A stretch of DNA of 64,000 nucleotides, from contig CBDAOY010000006.1 of the NCBI GenBank assembly GCA_965198225.1, positions 480,001-544,000 of the forward strand, given 5' to 3'. The DNA comes from Terriglobia bacterium (lineage in GTDB: Bacteria > Acidobacteriota > Terriglobia > 20CM-2-55-15). Positions within the stretch are counted from its first letter, which is position 1. Each line of letters begins with the position of its first letter. Both the position numbers and the translations under genes were made by a program. The notes under the pieces were generated by a model. That model was not told the origin of the DNA. It was given only the letters and a program-made list of their open reading frames with translations, and made no database searches. Of the stretch, positions 41,823-51,899 are shown piece after piece.

Positions 41823-41853
41823 GTGTGTTATTTACCCCTTTACATGCCACTAG

Positions 41854-42126
41854 TTACGCCGCGGGTCTGTTCAGTGCACCCCGGTCTCGTCCACGAGCCA
41901 CAAGATAGATCTTCCGCCCGGGCTCATAGACGTGCAGGTAGTACCAGTGCTCCCCGCAGTCCAATTCGTAGAAGCCCTCCCGTTTTCGATCCGGCGTTGG
42001 GCTGCCAGTTTCCCGAAGTGCATTCGTAAGCGCTGCGACATGTGCTGCCAGCCCAGGCTTGAATGCACAGATTTCATAGAGCTCCACAGGAAATTCCGTT
42101 CGATATCGTTCCAGCTTGGATCGCAC
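41854..42126 (-). CDS. Small hypothetical protein
   Basis: AAGGAG RBS before GTG; 90 aa. Confidence 0.55.
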   Translation of the reverse strand: MRSKLERYRTEFPVELYEICAFKPGLAAHVAALTNALRETGSPTPDRKREGFYELDCGEHWYYLHVYEPGRKIYLVARGRDRGALNRPAA

Positions 42127-42185
42127 CTTTAGATCTCCTTTCTCAGGAAACTGTCACCCTTTCCGGGGCAGCAGACGCAGATTCC

Positions 42186-42293
42186 TCAGCTGAGCTGCGG
42201 GACGGCAGGGGCGCTCCCGACTGGTTTGGAGGATCTTCCCCGCCTGGCCGAGCCGGCCGGATCAGCTGAACCACGCCGTTTGTCGCTTGGCAT
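42186..42293 (-). CDS. 35-aa basic small ORF
   Basis: AAGGAGAACA-ATG directly after the ABC1 kinase stop; MPSDKRRGSADPAGSARRGRSSKPVGSAPAVPQLS. Confidence 0.3.
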   Translation of the reverse strand: MPSDKRRGSADPAGSARRGRSSKPVGSAPAVPQLS

Positions 42294-42309
42294 TGTTCTC
42301 CTTCGTCGC

Positions 42310-43731
42310 TCAGTCCGTCTCCCGACGTTCTCTTTCCTGCCTCAGGATTGCACCTACGTCCACTCGGGCCCCGAGCTGCGTCAGCATCGCTCGCAGTCCG
42401 ATGAAGAGTTTTCCGAACCAGGTATTGATCGGTAGAGATCGTATGTATCGCCTGCGGATTAGCTCGCCGTAAATTTCCAGTCCCCGTCGGAAGTAGTCGG
42501 CGTTCCCGAAGTCGAAGGGCCCCTCTTCGAAAACCGGTTCCCAGAGCCAGTCGATGTAACGTTCCAGAAGCTGCATGTGATCGGGCTCGATCTGGCGATC
42601 GTCGGACACATCCACCGCCCGCGCCAATGCCTGGCGCACCGCTGCGGGCGACGTGAAGACCGACCGTTCCATTTCGTTCGAATAATCGACGTCCTCATCG
42701 GAAAACTGGCGGCAGCAGCCGAAGTCGACCAGACCGAGTCGACCATCGGGCATGAAGAAGTAGTTGCCAGGATGGGGATCCGCATACAGTATCCGTTTTT
42801 GATAGCACAGCCGGTAGACAGCCTGCGTTATCCGGAAACCGTAGCTGTCGCGGCTGTCCTGGGATGGACCTGTCGCCAGAAAAGCCTTTAGGTGGATTCC
42901 ATCGATGTGTTCCATCGCGAGCACCCGGCGGGTCGATAACTCCGGGTAGACTTCGGGTACGACTATTCCGTCTTCATCGCCAAACGCGGTGCGCGCGACG
43001 CGCAGGCTGTGGGCTTCCTGCAGGTAGTCGGTTTCCATCTCGACCATGTGCCGGATCTCGTCCATCTGGGCCACCAGGTTGTCCCAATCTGGAGAGAGAC
43101 GCATCGGGCTCATCAACGCCTTCAGATTTCGGAAGTCGTCACTTATGGTTCGCCCGATGTTCGGGTACTGGATCTTGATGGCTACTTTCTTCTGAGAGCC
43201 TTTCAACCGTGCACGATGGACTTGACCCAGCGAAGCTGCGGCGAACGCCTGGGTTTCAAAGTCGTCGAAGAGGCGCCCGGGATCGGCTCCGAGTTCGCCA
43301 CGCACGAACTCACCGAGCAGCGCGAAGTGCATCGGTGGCGCTTCAAAGTGGAGGCGGCCGAGAAGGCTGGCAAACTCGACGGGCACCACATTGGGATAAT
43401 GGGCCAGGACCTGGCCGACCTTCATGATCGCTCCTCTCAGGTAGCCCATGCTTTCAAGCAGTCGGAGCGCCGCCTTCAAGCGGGTTTCGTTCAGACTCGC
43501 CTGTCGGGCCTCGGCGTCGCCATAGCCCCCGCGGATCCAGTGAGCAAGGTATCCCACGGCGATCCTGGCCTGAAGACTGCCGAGTGCGCGGAACCGGCCC
43601 AACCGTCCGACCGGCACGGGTCCAGCGGAGAGTCCCGTGAGAAGCCGCTCGAGCGTCGCGTCCGGCGCGGATCCGGACTCGTCCAGTTCGTTCGATATCT
43701 GCTCGGCCAGTTCAGTAAGCCGGCGGTCCAT
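42310..43731 (-). CDS. AarF/ABC1/UbiB (Coq8-like) atypical kinase
   Basis: GAIMKVGQ (KxGQ), FAAASLGQVHRA, VAIKIQYP, ETDY, ADPHPGN, DFG; GGAGG RBS inside the tetR end. Confidence 0.93.
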   Translation of the reverse strand: MDRRLTELAEQISNELDESGSAPDATLERLLTGLSAGPVPVGRLGRFRALGSLQARIAVGYLAHWIRGGYGDAEARQASLNETRLKAALRLLESMGYLRGAIMKVGQVLAHYPNVVPVEFASLLGRLHFEAPPMHFALLGEFVRGELGADPGRLFDDFETQAFAAASLGQVHRARLKGSQKKVAIKIQYPNIGRTISDDFRNLKALMSPMRLSPDWDNLVAQMDEIRHMVEMETDYLQEAHSLRVARTAFGDEDGIVVPEVYPELSTRRVLAMEHIDGIHLKAFLATGPSQDSRDSYGFRITQAVYRLCYQKRILYADPHPGNYFFMPDGRLGLVDFGCCRQFSDEDVDYSNEMERSVFTSPAAVRQALARAVDVSDDRQIEPDHMQLLERYIDWLWEPVFEEGPFDFGNADYFRRGLEIYGELIRRRYIRSLPINTWFGKLFIGLRAMLTQLGARVDVGAILRQERERRETD

Positions 43732-44353
43732 CGGATACCTCCACCTCGTCACTACCCTCAGTAAAGACGGCGTTGACGAACATCTGCATTGACTGATCCA
43801 GGAGGACCAACGTGTCTTCCTGATTCGGGGAGTCGTCACCGACCCAATAGCCCAGCACTCCCAGGAAGAGGGTCCAGTAGAGATGCAGGGTCACCAGCGC
43901 CGGCGGCGAGGCGTCGGCCGGACCGTGAGAAACCATCAGGGTCCGAACGGTTTCAAGGTGCGCGCGCCGAAATGTGTCCGTTTCTCGCGGAGCCGCGGAT
44001 TTCCTGAAAGGGCTCAGCGTGCTTTCCATCAGACCCCCGACGAAACCGCGATAAGGACCGAGGTGACGAAGTCCGGTGGCGACGTGCGCAAACAGTGCCT
44101 CTTCGAGCGATTCGCCGCCCAGAAGGCGTGCTTTGAACTCTTCGTTGGCGGCATCCAGGGATGCCGAAACGATCGTCATGGCAAGCGCCTCTTTGGTCGG
44201 GAAGTAGTTGAATAGGGTGCCGGCGGCGATCTTTGAAGTCCCGGCGATGTCGCGGGTTGTCGTCTCCATAAAACCCTTTTCTATGAATAACCTACGAGCC
44301 GAAACGAGAATGCGTTTCCGAGTTCTCTCTTTAGTTTTAGCCGTGACTCGCAT
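43712..44353 (-). CDS. TetR/AcrR family transcriptional regulator
   Basis: ARRLFIEKGFMETTTRDIA..IAAGTLFNYFPTKEAL. Confidence 0.93.
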   Translation of the reverse strand: MRVTAKTKERTRKRILVSARRLFIEKGFMETTTRDIAGTSKIAAGTLFNYFPTKEALAMTIVSASLDAANEEFKARLLGGESLEEALFAHVATGLRHLGPYRGFVGGLMESTLSPFRKSAAPRETDTFRRAHLETVRTLMVSHGPADASPPALVTLHLYWTLFLGVLGYWVGDDSPNQEDTLVLLDQSMQMFVNAVFTEGSDEVEVSDGPPAY

Positions 44354-44420
44354 TTTATGATCACGCTCATAATAAAATAAACGAAGTTCCTAAGCAACTA
44401 AAATGAGCGTGATCACAAAA
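44353..44420 (-). promoter_or_regulatory. tetR promoter flanked by an inverted operator pair
   Basis: Minus-strand TTGCTT-17bp-TATTAT; TGATCACGCTCAT (44358-44370) and ATGAGCGTGATCA (44403-44415) form a perfect 13-bp inverted pair. Confidence 0.75.
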
Positions 44421-44588
44421 AATCTAAAGACGGGGGTGGCAATACCTCGAATTGCTAAGACAGGAGGGGTACGGGTTTGACTTCTTTCTCCCTAGACTGG
44501 TGAGGCGACCAACGCGCTTTGCCAATCACTCGTGACTTGGATTAGCTGGCTCGCAGGAACACGATTCGGTGCCGCGCTTTTTGCGGAG

Positions 44589-45461
44589 TTAACCTTCAGG
44601 CGACCAGGCGGCTTCGAAATCCATCCGCGGGCTGCCGGAATCCTTCCAGATGTCATAGCGCATACGGAGGGTCTTTACGGGGTTCGCATTCTCCCACGGT
44701 TGGATGTTCTCGTCGGTGACGCTGATGTAGGCGAAGTACATGCCGCCGTTGAAGTCGGCGCCGTTAGTGTCTTCGTTGTTGGCGATCAGGATGTACGCGA
44801 CATGGGCCGTCTTGCCGTCGCAGGGGGCCATCGGATATGGCGCTTCCTCGCAGGTGCAGCGCCCGTCGCCACCCTTGTCGTCGGCGCCCTCCATCGCGGC
44901 CATGACGCGGTCCGCCAGCGTGCCTTTCGCCTTCGTGAAGGCCACTTCGGCGTTCAGCATCACATCGTCGCTGAGCAGAGAGTTCCCCTGAAACTGATAA
45001 AAGATGTAATCGCCGACATTGCCGGAAACGTCCAGTGACGCGTGGCCATTGCGCGAACCGCTGTGGCCGGCGCGGCGTCCCTGCATGTCGACGATTCCGA
45101 ACTGCCGGCGCTCCATGCGGTCCTCTTCCGGTCCTTTCGCCTTTTCGAATTCCCTGAGCAACTCGATGATCTGCTCCGGTGCAGTTCCCTTCTTCAGCTC
45201 CTCGAAGACCAGTTGCTGATTCTGGCCGGAGTTGTCCACGTTCGCCTGACAGGCCGCCACGGCAACTCCGGGAACGATGACAGCCTGGATGTCCATCAGA
45301 TCTCTCGACGGCCTCGGGGGAAAGCGCGCCTGGCGCACGCATGTAGCGGACGCGATGATCACCTGGCCTGTCCTCGTATCGAGGGCCAGGAGAGACCACG
45401 TGGCGAAGGCGTTGGACTGCATTGAGAGGCCAAGGACGATTACGAAAGCTGCGCGTTTCAT
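44589..45461 (-). CDS. DUF1028 (Ntn-hydrolase-like) exported protein
   Basis: GAGGAG RBS; signal peptide then TWSLLALD; RQFGIVD; QGNSL; GGDGRC. Confidence 0.85.
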   Translation of the reverse strand: MKRAAFVIVLGLSMQSNAFATWSLLALDTRTGQVIIASATCVRQARFPPRPSRDLMDIQAVIVPGVAVAACQANVDNSGQNQQLVFEELKKGTAPEQIIELLREFEKAKGPEEDRMERRQFGIVDMQGRRAGHSGSRNGHASLDVSGNVGDYIFYQFQGNSLLSDDVMLNAEVAFTKAKGTLADRVMAAMEGADDKGGDGRCTCEEAPYPMAPCDGKTAHVAYILIANNEDTNGADFNGGMYFAYISVTDENIQPWENANPVKTLRMRYDIWKDSGSPRMDFEAAWSPEG

Positions 45462-45755
45462 AGCGGTTCTCCTCTGCAACGGGGCTGGCGATCGCACGCT
45501 CAAAGCCGCGTGCGGTAGTTGTGACCGGGTTCCATCTCACGCAAGACTAGGAGCGTCCTGGTGACAAAGCAACGGTAATCTGTGAGAGGCTTCGTGCAGT
45601 CCTACTGCGCGGCCTTGTCTTTGAAAACGAACTTCTGCGCGCGCCTTCCCGGCCCCGCCTCGGCGACGTACATGTTTCGACCGACAGGAGATCGACGTGT
45701 CGAAGAAATGTTCTGGAAGTGCGGATCGATTGTATGGTGAATTATCAACCAGACA

Positions 45756-47702
45756 ATGTGGCTCCTGATCCTGCCGATAGCCCTGAGCATGTCCGGTGCG
45801 GTCCACCTGGTTTCGGGTGCAAGCGGCGAGCCCCGTCCTTCAGTACCTCGTTCGATCCAGTACGACGATCCGTCGTTGGTGCCCGAGGAACTGGAAGCCT
45901 TTCTGGACGCATTCCTTCCCCTGCAAATGGACAGGCTGCACATCCCGGGTCTCGTTGTTGTCGTTGTAAAGTCCGGACAGATCGTGTTCCGGAAGGGTTA
46001 TGGCTTCGGAAACCTGGAGGGTCGGACGTCGATAGATCCCGACAAGACACTGTTTCGTGTCGCTTCGGTGTCGAAGCTGGTCACGTCGACGGCCGTGATG
46101 CAGCTCGTCGAACGGGGGTTCGTCCAACTCGATGAAGACGTCAACACCTACCTCGATCTGTTCCAGATACCGTCTACCCATGACAGTTCCGTTACGCTCG
46201 CGAACCTGCTGACCCATACCGGGGGTTTTGACGAACGCTACATCGGCATGGCGGCCCGGCGGGAATCCGAGGTCCTGGGACTGGGGCCGTATCTTGCGGC
46301 CCGGATGCCTCCTCGCGTGCGTCCCCCCGGTGACGTAGTCAGTTACTCCAATCATGGGATGGCGCTGGCCGGCTACGTGGTTGAAGCCGTCTCGGGGCTG
46401 GGGTTTGCCGACTACGTGGAGTTGAACATTCTGCGCCCCCTCGGCATGGACGACAGCACTTTCAGGCTGCAGCCCGAGCAGGCTTCGAACCTGGCCGCAG
46501 GCTACGCGTACCGCAACGGAGAGTATCGATCCTTGCCATTCGACTACAGCCACATCCCGCCGGCTGGCTCACTCGTTGCGACGGCAACCGATATGGCGTG
46601 CTTCATGATGGCCCATCTCGAAAGCGGCGGGTGCGGCGACGGCCGTATTCTCGGACCGGACACGATGCGGGAGATGCACGCGCCACAATGGACCCACCAC
46701 CCAGGTCTCCCGGGTTTCGCTTACGGGTTCTATGAGCACTTCGAGAACGGCCGACGCCTTCTGGCGCATGGTGGAAACCTAGGCGGATTCGCCAGCGGCC
46801 TGTACCTGATGCCTGAGGAGGATCTCGGGATATTCGTGACCTACAACGCGGACCGCTCCGAGCTCCGAGAAGACCTGATCGAACGATTCGTCGATCGGTA
46901 CTATCCGGACTGGTCCACGGCGGAAGCTCGGCCTGATCCGTCCACCGAAGCTGCGTTCTCGGCCGGCGCTTTCGACGGCACATACCGACTCCATCGTTAT
47001 CCCCGCCACACTCTCGACAAGTGGAGCGTGCTGTCGCAAGCACGCCTGGAGTTCCATGTTTCAACCAGCGAAAGGGGGACGTTGATACTCCGCTATCCCG
47101 GAGAGTCGATGGAACCTGCGGAGTACGTTCAGACAGAGCCGTTGCTATTTGAAAACGTGGACGGTGAGGATCGTGTCGCCTTCCGCCAGGATTCCCGAGG
47201 ACGCGTCACGGACATGTTTCTGCAGTTCTCCGGGCCTGCAGCTCTGGAAAAGCTGCCATGGTATGCAACTTCGTCGTTTCACTCCATGCTGCATGGGTTC
47301 CTGGCGCTGGTATTTCTCTCCGTCGGTGCGGTCTGGCTGCGTGGTCGTGTGGATGGCCGATCGAAGGCCCATCGCTCGGAGAAACGGTTGGACTGGGCGT
47401 CGCGAGTAGCTGTTCGTCTTGTGAGTGGCCTGAACATGGTTTTCCTTCTCGGTTTGCCGACGGTTCTGGCCCTCGATCCGCAAGGTTTGACTTACGGCGC
47501 ATCCCTCGGTGTCATTCTCTTGCTCGCGATCCCGCTGTTGACGACGGCCATGACCCCGGGGTTGGTCTTCTTGAACGTGCTCGTCTGGAAACGTGGGCGT
47601 ACGACCAACATCCATCGATTGCATCATTCCCTGGTAACGCTCGCGGCGGTGGCTGTCATTCCCTACTTGATGTACTGGAACCTGCTTGGGTTCAGGTACT
47701 GA
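45756..47702 (+). CDS. Serine hydrolase (beta-lactamase class C fold) with a C-terminal membrane anchor
   Basis: FRVASVSK, LLTHTGG, YSN, HGG; about 4 C-terminal TM helices. Confidence 0.9.
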   Translation: MWLLILPIALSMSGAVHLVSGASGEPRPSVPRSIQYDDPSLVPEELEAFLDAFLPLQMDRLHIPGLVVVVVKSGQIVFRKGYGFGNLEGRTSIDPDKTLFRVASVSKLVTSTAVMQLVERGFVQLDEDVNTYLDLFQIPSTHDSSVTLANLLTHTGGFDERYIGMAARRESEVLGLGPYLAARMPPRVRPPGDVVSYSNHGMALAGYVVEAVSGLGFADYVELNILRPLGMDDSTFRLQPEQASNLAAGYAYRNGEYRSLPFDYSHIPPAGSLVATATDMACFMMAHLESGGCGDGRILGPDTMREMHAPQWTHHPGLPGFAYGFYEHFENGRRLLAHGGNLGGFASGLYLMPEEDLGIFVTYNADRSELREDLIERFVDRYYPDWSTAEARPDPSTEAAFSAGAFDGTYRLHRYPRHTLDKWSVLSQARLEFHVSTSERGTLILRYPGESMEPAEYVQTEPLLFENVDGEDRVAFRQDSRGRVTDMFLQFSGPAALEKLPWYATSSFHSMLHGFLALVFLSVGAVWLRGRVDGRSKAHRSEKRLDWASRVAVRLVSGLNMVFLLGLPTVLALDPQGLTYGASLGVILLLAIPLLTTAMTPGLVFLNVLVWKRGRTTNIHRLHHSLVTLAAVAVIPYLMYWNLLGFRY

Positions 47703-47789
47703 CTGACGAACTCTAGGGATTCGCGTATAGTCTATGGCACTGTCCAGGCCTACAGTGTTGACCGGCACTGCCGCGACTCCGGAGGGAGC

Positions 47790-49188
47790 ATGCGTCTATC
47801 TCGACGACAATTCTTGCAGGGCGTCGCAGCCGTCCCGTTTCTGAATCAGGTAACCAGAGACGCGGGGAACTGGCCCGCGTTTCGCGGACCGGACGGACGC
47901 GGTGTTGCGGAGGGGTATCCGGTCCGCACGTCCTGGAATGCCGACGAGACCGCCGGCAGGATTGTCGGTCGTCGGTGGCGATCGGACGTCCCGGGACTTG
48001 GCCACTCCAGCCCGGTTCTGTGGGGCGATCGGATATTCGTGCCGACCGCAATCGCCGAGGAGGGCCGTGTCCCGTTGACACTCGGCGGGGACGCCTTTGT
48101 CGATCGGAGCACTTGGACCGGCAGCACCGCCGCAGCCGCTGACAAGGGCCAGCAGAGCTGGGTGGTGATCTCTTACGACAAGAACTCCGGTGAGGAAGTG
48201 TGGCGCAGGACCGCGCGGACGGGAAGACCCCGCTCGACGCGGCACGCGAAAGCAACGCACGCCAACACGAGCCTGACGACCGACGGGCGCCACCTGGTCG
48301 GCTTCTTCGGGTCGGAAGGATTGTATTGCTATGACCTGGACGGCCGCCTGCTGTGGAGCCGCGATCTCGGGATCGTCAACGTTTCCAAGTATGGAATAGG
48401 GTGGGGATACGGCAGTTCGCCCGCGATCCACCAGGACCGGCTTGCGCTGCAATGCGATGATCCCGATAATCCGTACCTCGCCGTACTGCGCCTGTCCGAC
48501 GGGGAAGAGCTTTGGAGGGTGTCCCGAAAGGGGGTGTGCGAGCGAAGTTGGAGCTCACCGATGATTCACGCCGGCCCGAACAGGACCCAGGTGGTCGCCA
48601 ACGGCTGGCCGTGGATCGTGTCCTACGACCTGGAAACGGGCGACGAGCTGTGGCGCCTCAGTGGCGGAGGGGACAACCCGATACCGACCCCGTTCGTTGC
48701 GAACGGCTGGATCTATATCACGAGCTCCCACGGGCCGGCGTCGCCCATCTTCGTGGTTCGTCCCGACGCGCGCGGTGACATCACGCCCCCCCGACGTGCT
48801 TCGTCCACCGACGCACTCGTCTGGAGCACCTACCGGGGCGGATCCTACCTGTCGACGCCCGTCGTCTACCGCGGTTACATCTACTTCGGCTACGAACAAG
48901 GCGTCGTCCGCTGCTTTGACGCGAACACAGGGAAGAGGATGTACGAGAAGCGACTCGATCCGGGCGCGGCGATCGTCTCGTCCCTGGTGGCCGCGGACGG
49001 CAAAGTGTTCTGCCCTTCCGAGAACGGTATCGTCTATGTGCTCGAGGCCGGCCCGGACTACAACCTGCTGGCGCGTAATCAAATGGGCGAGCCCTGCTTC
49101 GCAACGCCATCTCGCAGGGAGGCCCCCCGCCATCTCGCAGGGAATTCTCTATTTCCGGACAACCGGGAGCCTGATCGCTGTCGGATAG
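47790..49188 (+). CDS. PQQ-binding-like beta-propeller protein (Tat signal); last codons frameshifted by a short duplication
   Basis: SRRQFL; NWPAFRGP; GLGHSSPV; CGCCATCTCGCAGGGA duplicated near 49105-49143; native-looking end PAISQGILYFRTTGSLIAVG stops at 49188. Confidence 0.85.
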
Positions 49189-49321
49189 GAACAGAACGCT
49201 TGATCCCCAGGCCTGAGGATTATTCGTTGAGAATGGGGACGATAGTCCCATCCGATCGAGCTGATGGCTGATCGCCTACCCAAACATTTCATTTTTGGGT
49301 AGATCTAGAGCTTGGGTTCTT

Positions 49322-50320
49322 TCAGTTTAGGCGTTCCCACGTGAGGGCCGTCTGCAGCTCGCGGCCATCGACCATCCTCGCCGGAGGCTTGAGTGTCAGC
49401 GCGGTGTCGGTGAACTCGAAGAAGCGCTGCGCGTCGGTGCCGGCCTGCCCCGGGTTGAGATTGCCGGCGCGGTGGTGCACGATGAAGCCCTCGTCCTCGT
49501 CCACGGAGAACGGACCGAAGTAGCTGAGGTAGGTCCGAAGTGCACCGAGCGTCTGCTCCGGAGTCGGCGCGCCTGTGTAAGCGGGCCGGTTCGGCCTCAT
49601 CAGGTGCACCGCCATGTGCCCGGACGGCATGTAGATGATGAACCCGTCCTCGTACTGGTCGATCGGCACCGATTCGCCATCCATCGTCCGTCGCTCGATC
49701 TTGCCGATCCGGTAGAACCCGAACAGTCGCCGATGGGTGTCCGTGAGCTCCGTATCCGCCAGGTCCGGGACGCGTTGCCACACGATACGGGTCTGCACGC
49801 CCGAGTTGCCGACGGGCGGCATCAGGATGAGCTGGTTGCCCGAGAACTCGTAGGAGCGTTTGTTGTCGTTCGATGCGTCCGGAGGTCTGACGTTCCCTTG
49901 CAGGTGGTGTGTCAGGTACCCCTCTGCCTCGTTGACCGTATAAGTGCCGAAGTAGGAAACGTAGCTCCTCAAGGTCGTTACCGCCTCGTCCGCGCTTGGC
50001 CCGCCGCCGGAGTATGGCTTGCGGCCAGGCTGCATGATGGTAACCCCCATGTAGCCACCCTGGTCGTACATGATGAAGCCGATCGCGCCCTCGCTGCCGA
50101 ACGACGGCGGTTCCGGCGTCGGCAGGAGCTCGCCGTCGGCGCCAATGCGCTCGACTCGGACAAGCTCCCAGTTACCCACGAACGGAGCCTTCGGATCCGC
50201 CGTCGACGCTTCGGCGGTTGGCAGGTCGGAGGCGTCGTCCATGGGTGGCGCCGTGTCCGCGCAACCGGACCAGACGACGACTCCGACCGACGCCAGCAAA
50301 ACAAGCAATTTCCTCGGCAT
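49322..50320 (-). CDS. Tandem lipocalin-like domain lipoprotein
   Basis: GAGGAGG RBS; WSGC lipobox; two repeats with G.IMY...GYM and Y.SYFG motifs (Lipocalin_5-like). Confidence 0.82.
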   Translation of the reverse strand: MPRKLLVLLASVGVVVWSGCADTAPPMDDASDLPTAEASTADPKAPFVGNWELVRVERIGADGELLPTPEPPSFGSEGAIGFIMYDQGGYMGVTIMQPGRKPYSGGGPSADEAVTTLRSYVSYFGTYTVNEAEGYLTHHLQGNVRPPDASNDNKRSYEFSGNQLILMPPVGNSGVQTRIVWQRVPDLADTELTDTHRRLFGFYRIGKIERRTMDGESVPIDQYEDGFIIYMPSGHMAVHLMRPNRPAYTGAPTPEQTLGALRTYLSYFGPFSVDEDEGFIVHHRAGNLNPGQAGTDAQRFFEFTDTALTLKPPARMVDGRELQTALTWERLN

Positions 50321-50546
50321 ATGTGCCTCCTCCCCGCTCGGGTCGCGGGCGAATCTGTCGGACGGGATTCTGCCCGTCATGATGCCAGATGTCGCACCCC
50401 GACGCGACGTGAATACATTATCGAGTGACAAGAAGTTACCCCCGAGTACCTGCAAGCACGAAGTGGGGAAAGCGGATCTCGAGCAGCTAAGGCTGGTAGT
50501 TTGGCTTCTGCGACGCAATTTCCCGTAACGGCGTTTCTGGGGGTGG

Positions 50547-51896
50547 CTATCGGGATCTTCGCTCCACGCCGAGAGCCTTCATTCGTTTGTGCAGGTTCGT
50601 CCGTCCGATTCCGAGTGATCGGGCCGCTCCGGCCACACTCCAGTTGGAGGCTTCGAGTGCCTCCATGATGCGGAGCCGCTCCGCCGATTCGCGCGTCTCC
50701 TTCAGTCCGGATCGGTCGTCCACCGAGTTGGCCTGGCGGATTTCGACTGGGATCGAATCGACTGTGATGCGGTCTCCCGGCGCGAGGATGGCCATGCGCT
50801 CGACTGTGTTGCGCAGCTCCCGGACGTTGCCCGGCCACCGGTAGCCTTCGAGCGCGTTCAGCGTGTCCTCCTCCAGCGTCCGAGTGTGGAAGTTGTTTCG
50901 CGAGCAGAAATCCGCGAGAAAATACTCGGACAGGGGACCGATATCCTCCCGCCGCTCCCTCAATGGGGGAACACGGATGGGAACGACGCTCAGGCGGTAG
51001 TAGAGATCCTCGCGGAACTCGTCGCGTGCGATCAGCTGCTCGAGATTCCGGTTCGTCGCGGCGATCACCCGAACCGACGTCCGCACGGTTCGCTCCCCCC
51101 CGACCCGCTCGAACTCGCCCTCCTGGAGCACGCGCAGCAACTTGGCCTGCGAAGACGCGTGCAGGTCGCCGACCTCGTCGAGGAATATGGTGCCCCCGTC
51201 GGCCCGCTCGAACTTTCCGCGACGCCGCGATGTGGCTCCCGTGAACGCACCTTTCTCGTGTCCGAAAAGCTCGCTCTCGATCAGTTCCGTCGGGATGGCG
51301 GCGCAGTTGACCTTCACGAAAGGGCCACCGGACAAGGGGCTTTCCTGGTGAATGTGAGCGGCGATCAGCTCTTTACCGGTCCCGGACTCGCCGGTCAGCA
51401 AGACGCGGGCGTCCGAACGGGCGACCCGGCCCGCCTGATCGACAGCCTGCCGGAACGCGCGGCTGTCACCGACCATTCGGGTACTGTCGCCGACGATCGC
51501 CCGGAATTCCGCGTTCTCCTGTTCGAGCTTCGCCTGGCCGAGAGCGTTCTTGACAGCTAGCAGCACGCGTTCCCGCGCCAGTGGTTTTTCCAGGAAATCG
51601 AATGCACCCGCGCGCGTGGCTTCGACGGCATCAGCGATCGTTCCGTGCCCGGAAATCATGATAATCGGCGCCAGGTCATCCTCGCTGCGCAACCACCGAA
51701 GCAGCTCGATGCCGCTGCCATCCGGGAGGCACACGTCGAGAAGGTAGACATCCTCCCGGCGGATGCCGACCCGAGCCCGAAAAGCCTCGGCGGACCGGGC
51801 GACGTCGACCGCGTAGCCCTCTCGTTCCAGGATGAGACGCAGGGATCGTCCGATGTTTTCTTCGTCGTCGACGATGAGAATTCGTTTGGCGGTCAT
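50547..51896 (-). CDS. Sigma-54-dependent response regulator (NtrX/NtrC-like)
   Basis: ILIVDDE, MISGHG, GESGTGKE, ESELFGHEKGAFTGA, WPGNVREL, Fis HTH. Confidence 0.95.
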   Translation of the reverse strand: MTAKRILIVDDEENIGRSLRLILEREGYAVDVARSAEAFRARVGIRREDVYLLDVCLPDGSGIELLRWLRSEDDLAPIIMISGHGTIADAVEATRAGAFDFLEKPLARERVLLAVKNALGQAKLEQENAEFRAIVGDSTRMVGDSRAFRQAVDQAGRVARSDARVLLTGESGTGKELIAAHIHQESPLSGGPFVKVNCAAIPTELIESELFGHEKGAFTGATSRRRGKFERADGGTIFLDEVGDLHASSQAKLLRVLQEGEFERVGGERTVRTSVRVIAATNRNLEQLIARDEFREDLYYRLSVVPIRVPPLRERREDIGPLSEYFLADFCSRNNFHTRTLEEDTLNALEGYRWPGNVRELRNTVERMAILAPGDRITVDSIPVEIRQANSVDDRSGLKETRESAERLRIMEALEASNWSVAGAARSLGIGRTNLHKRMKALGVERRSR

Positions 51897-51899
51897 GGT

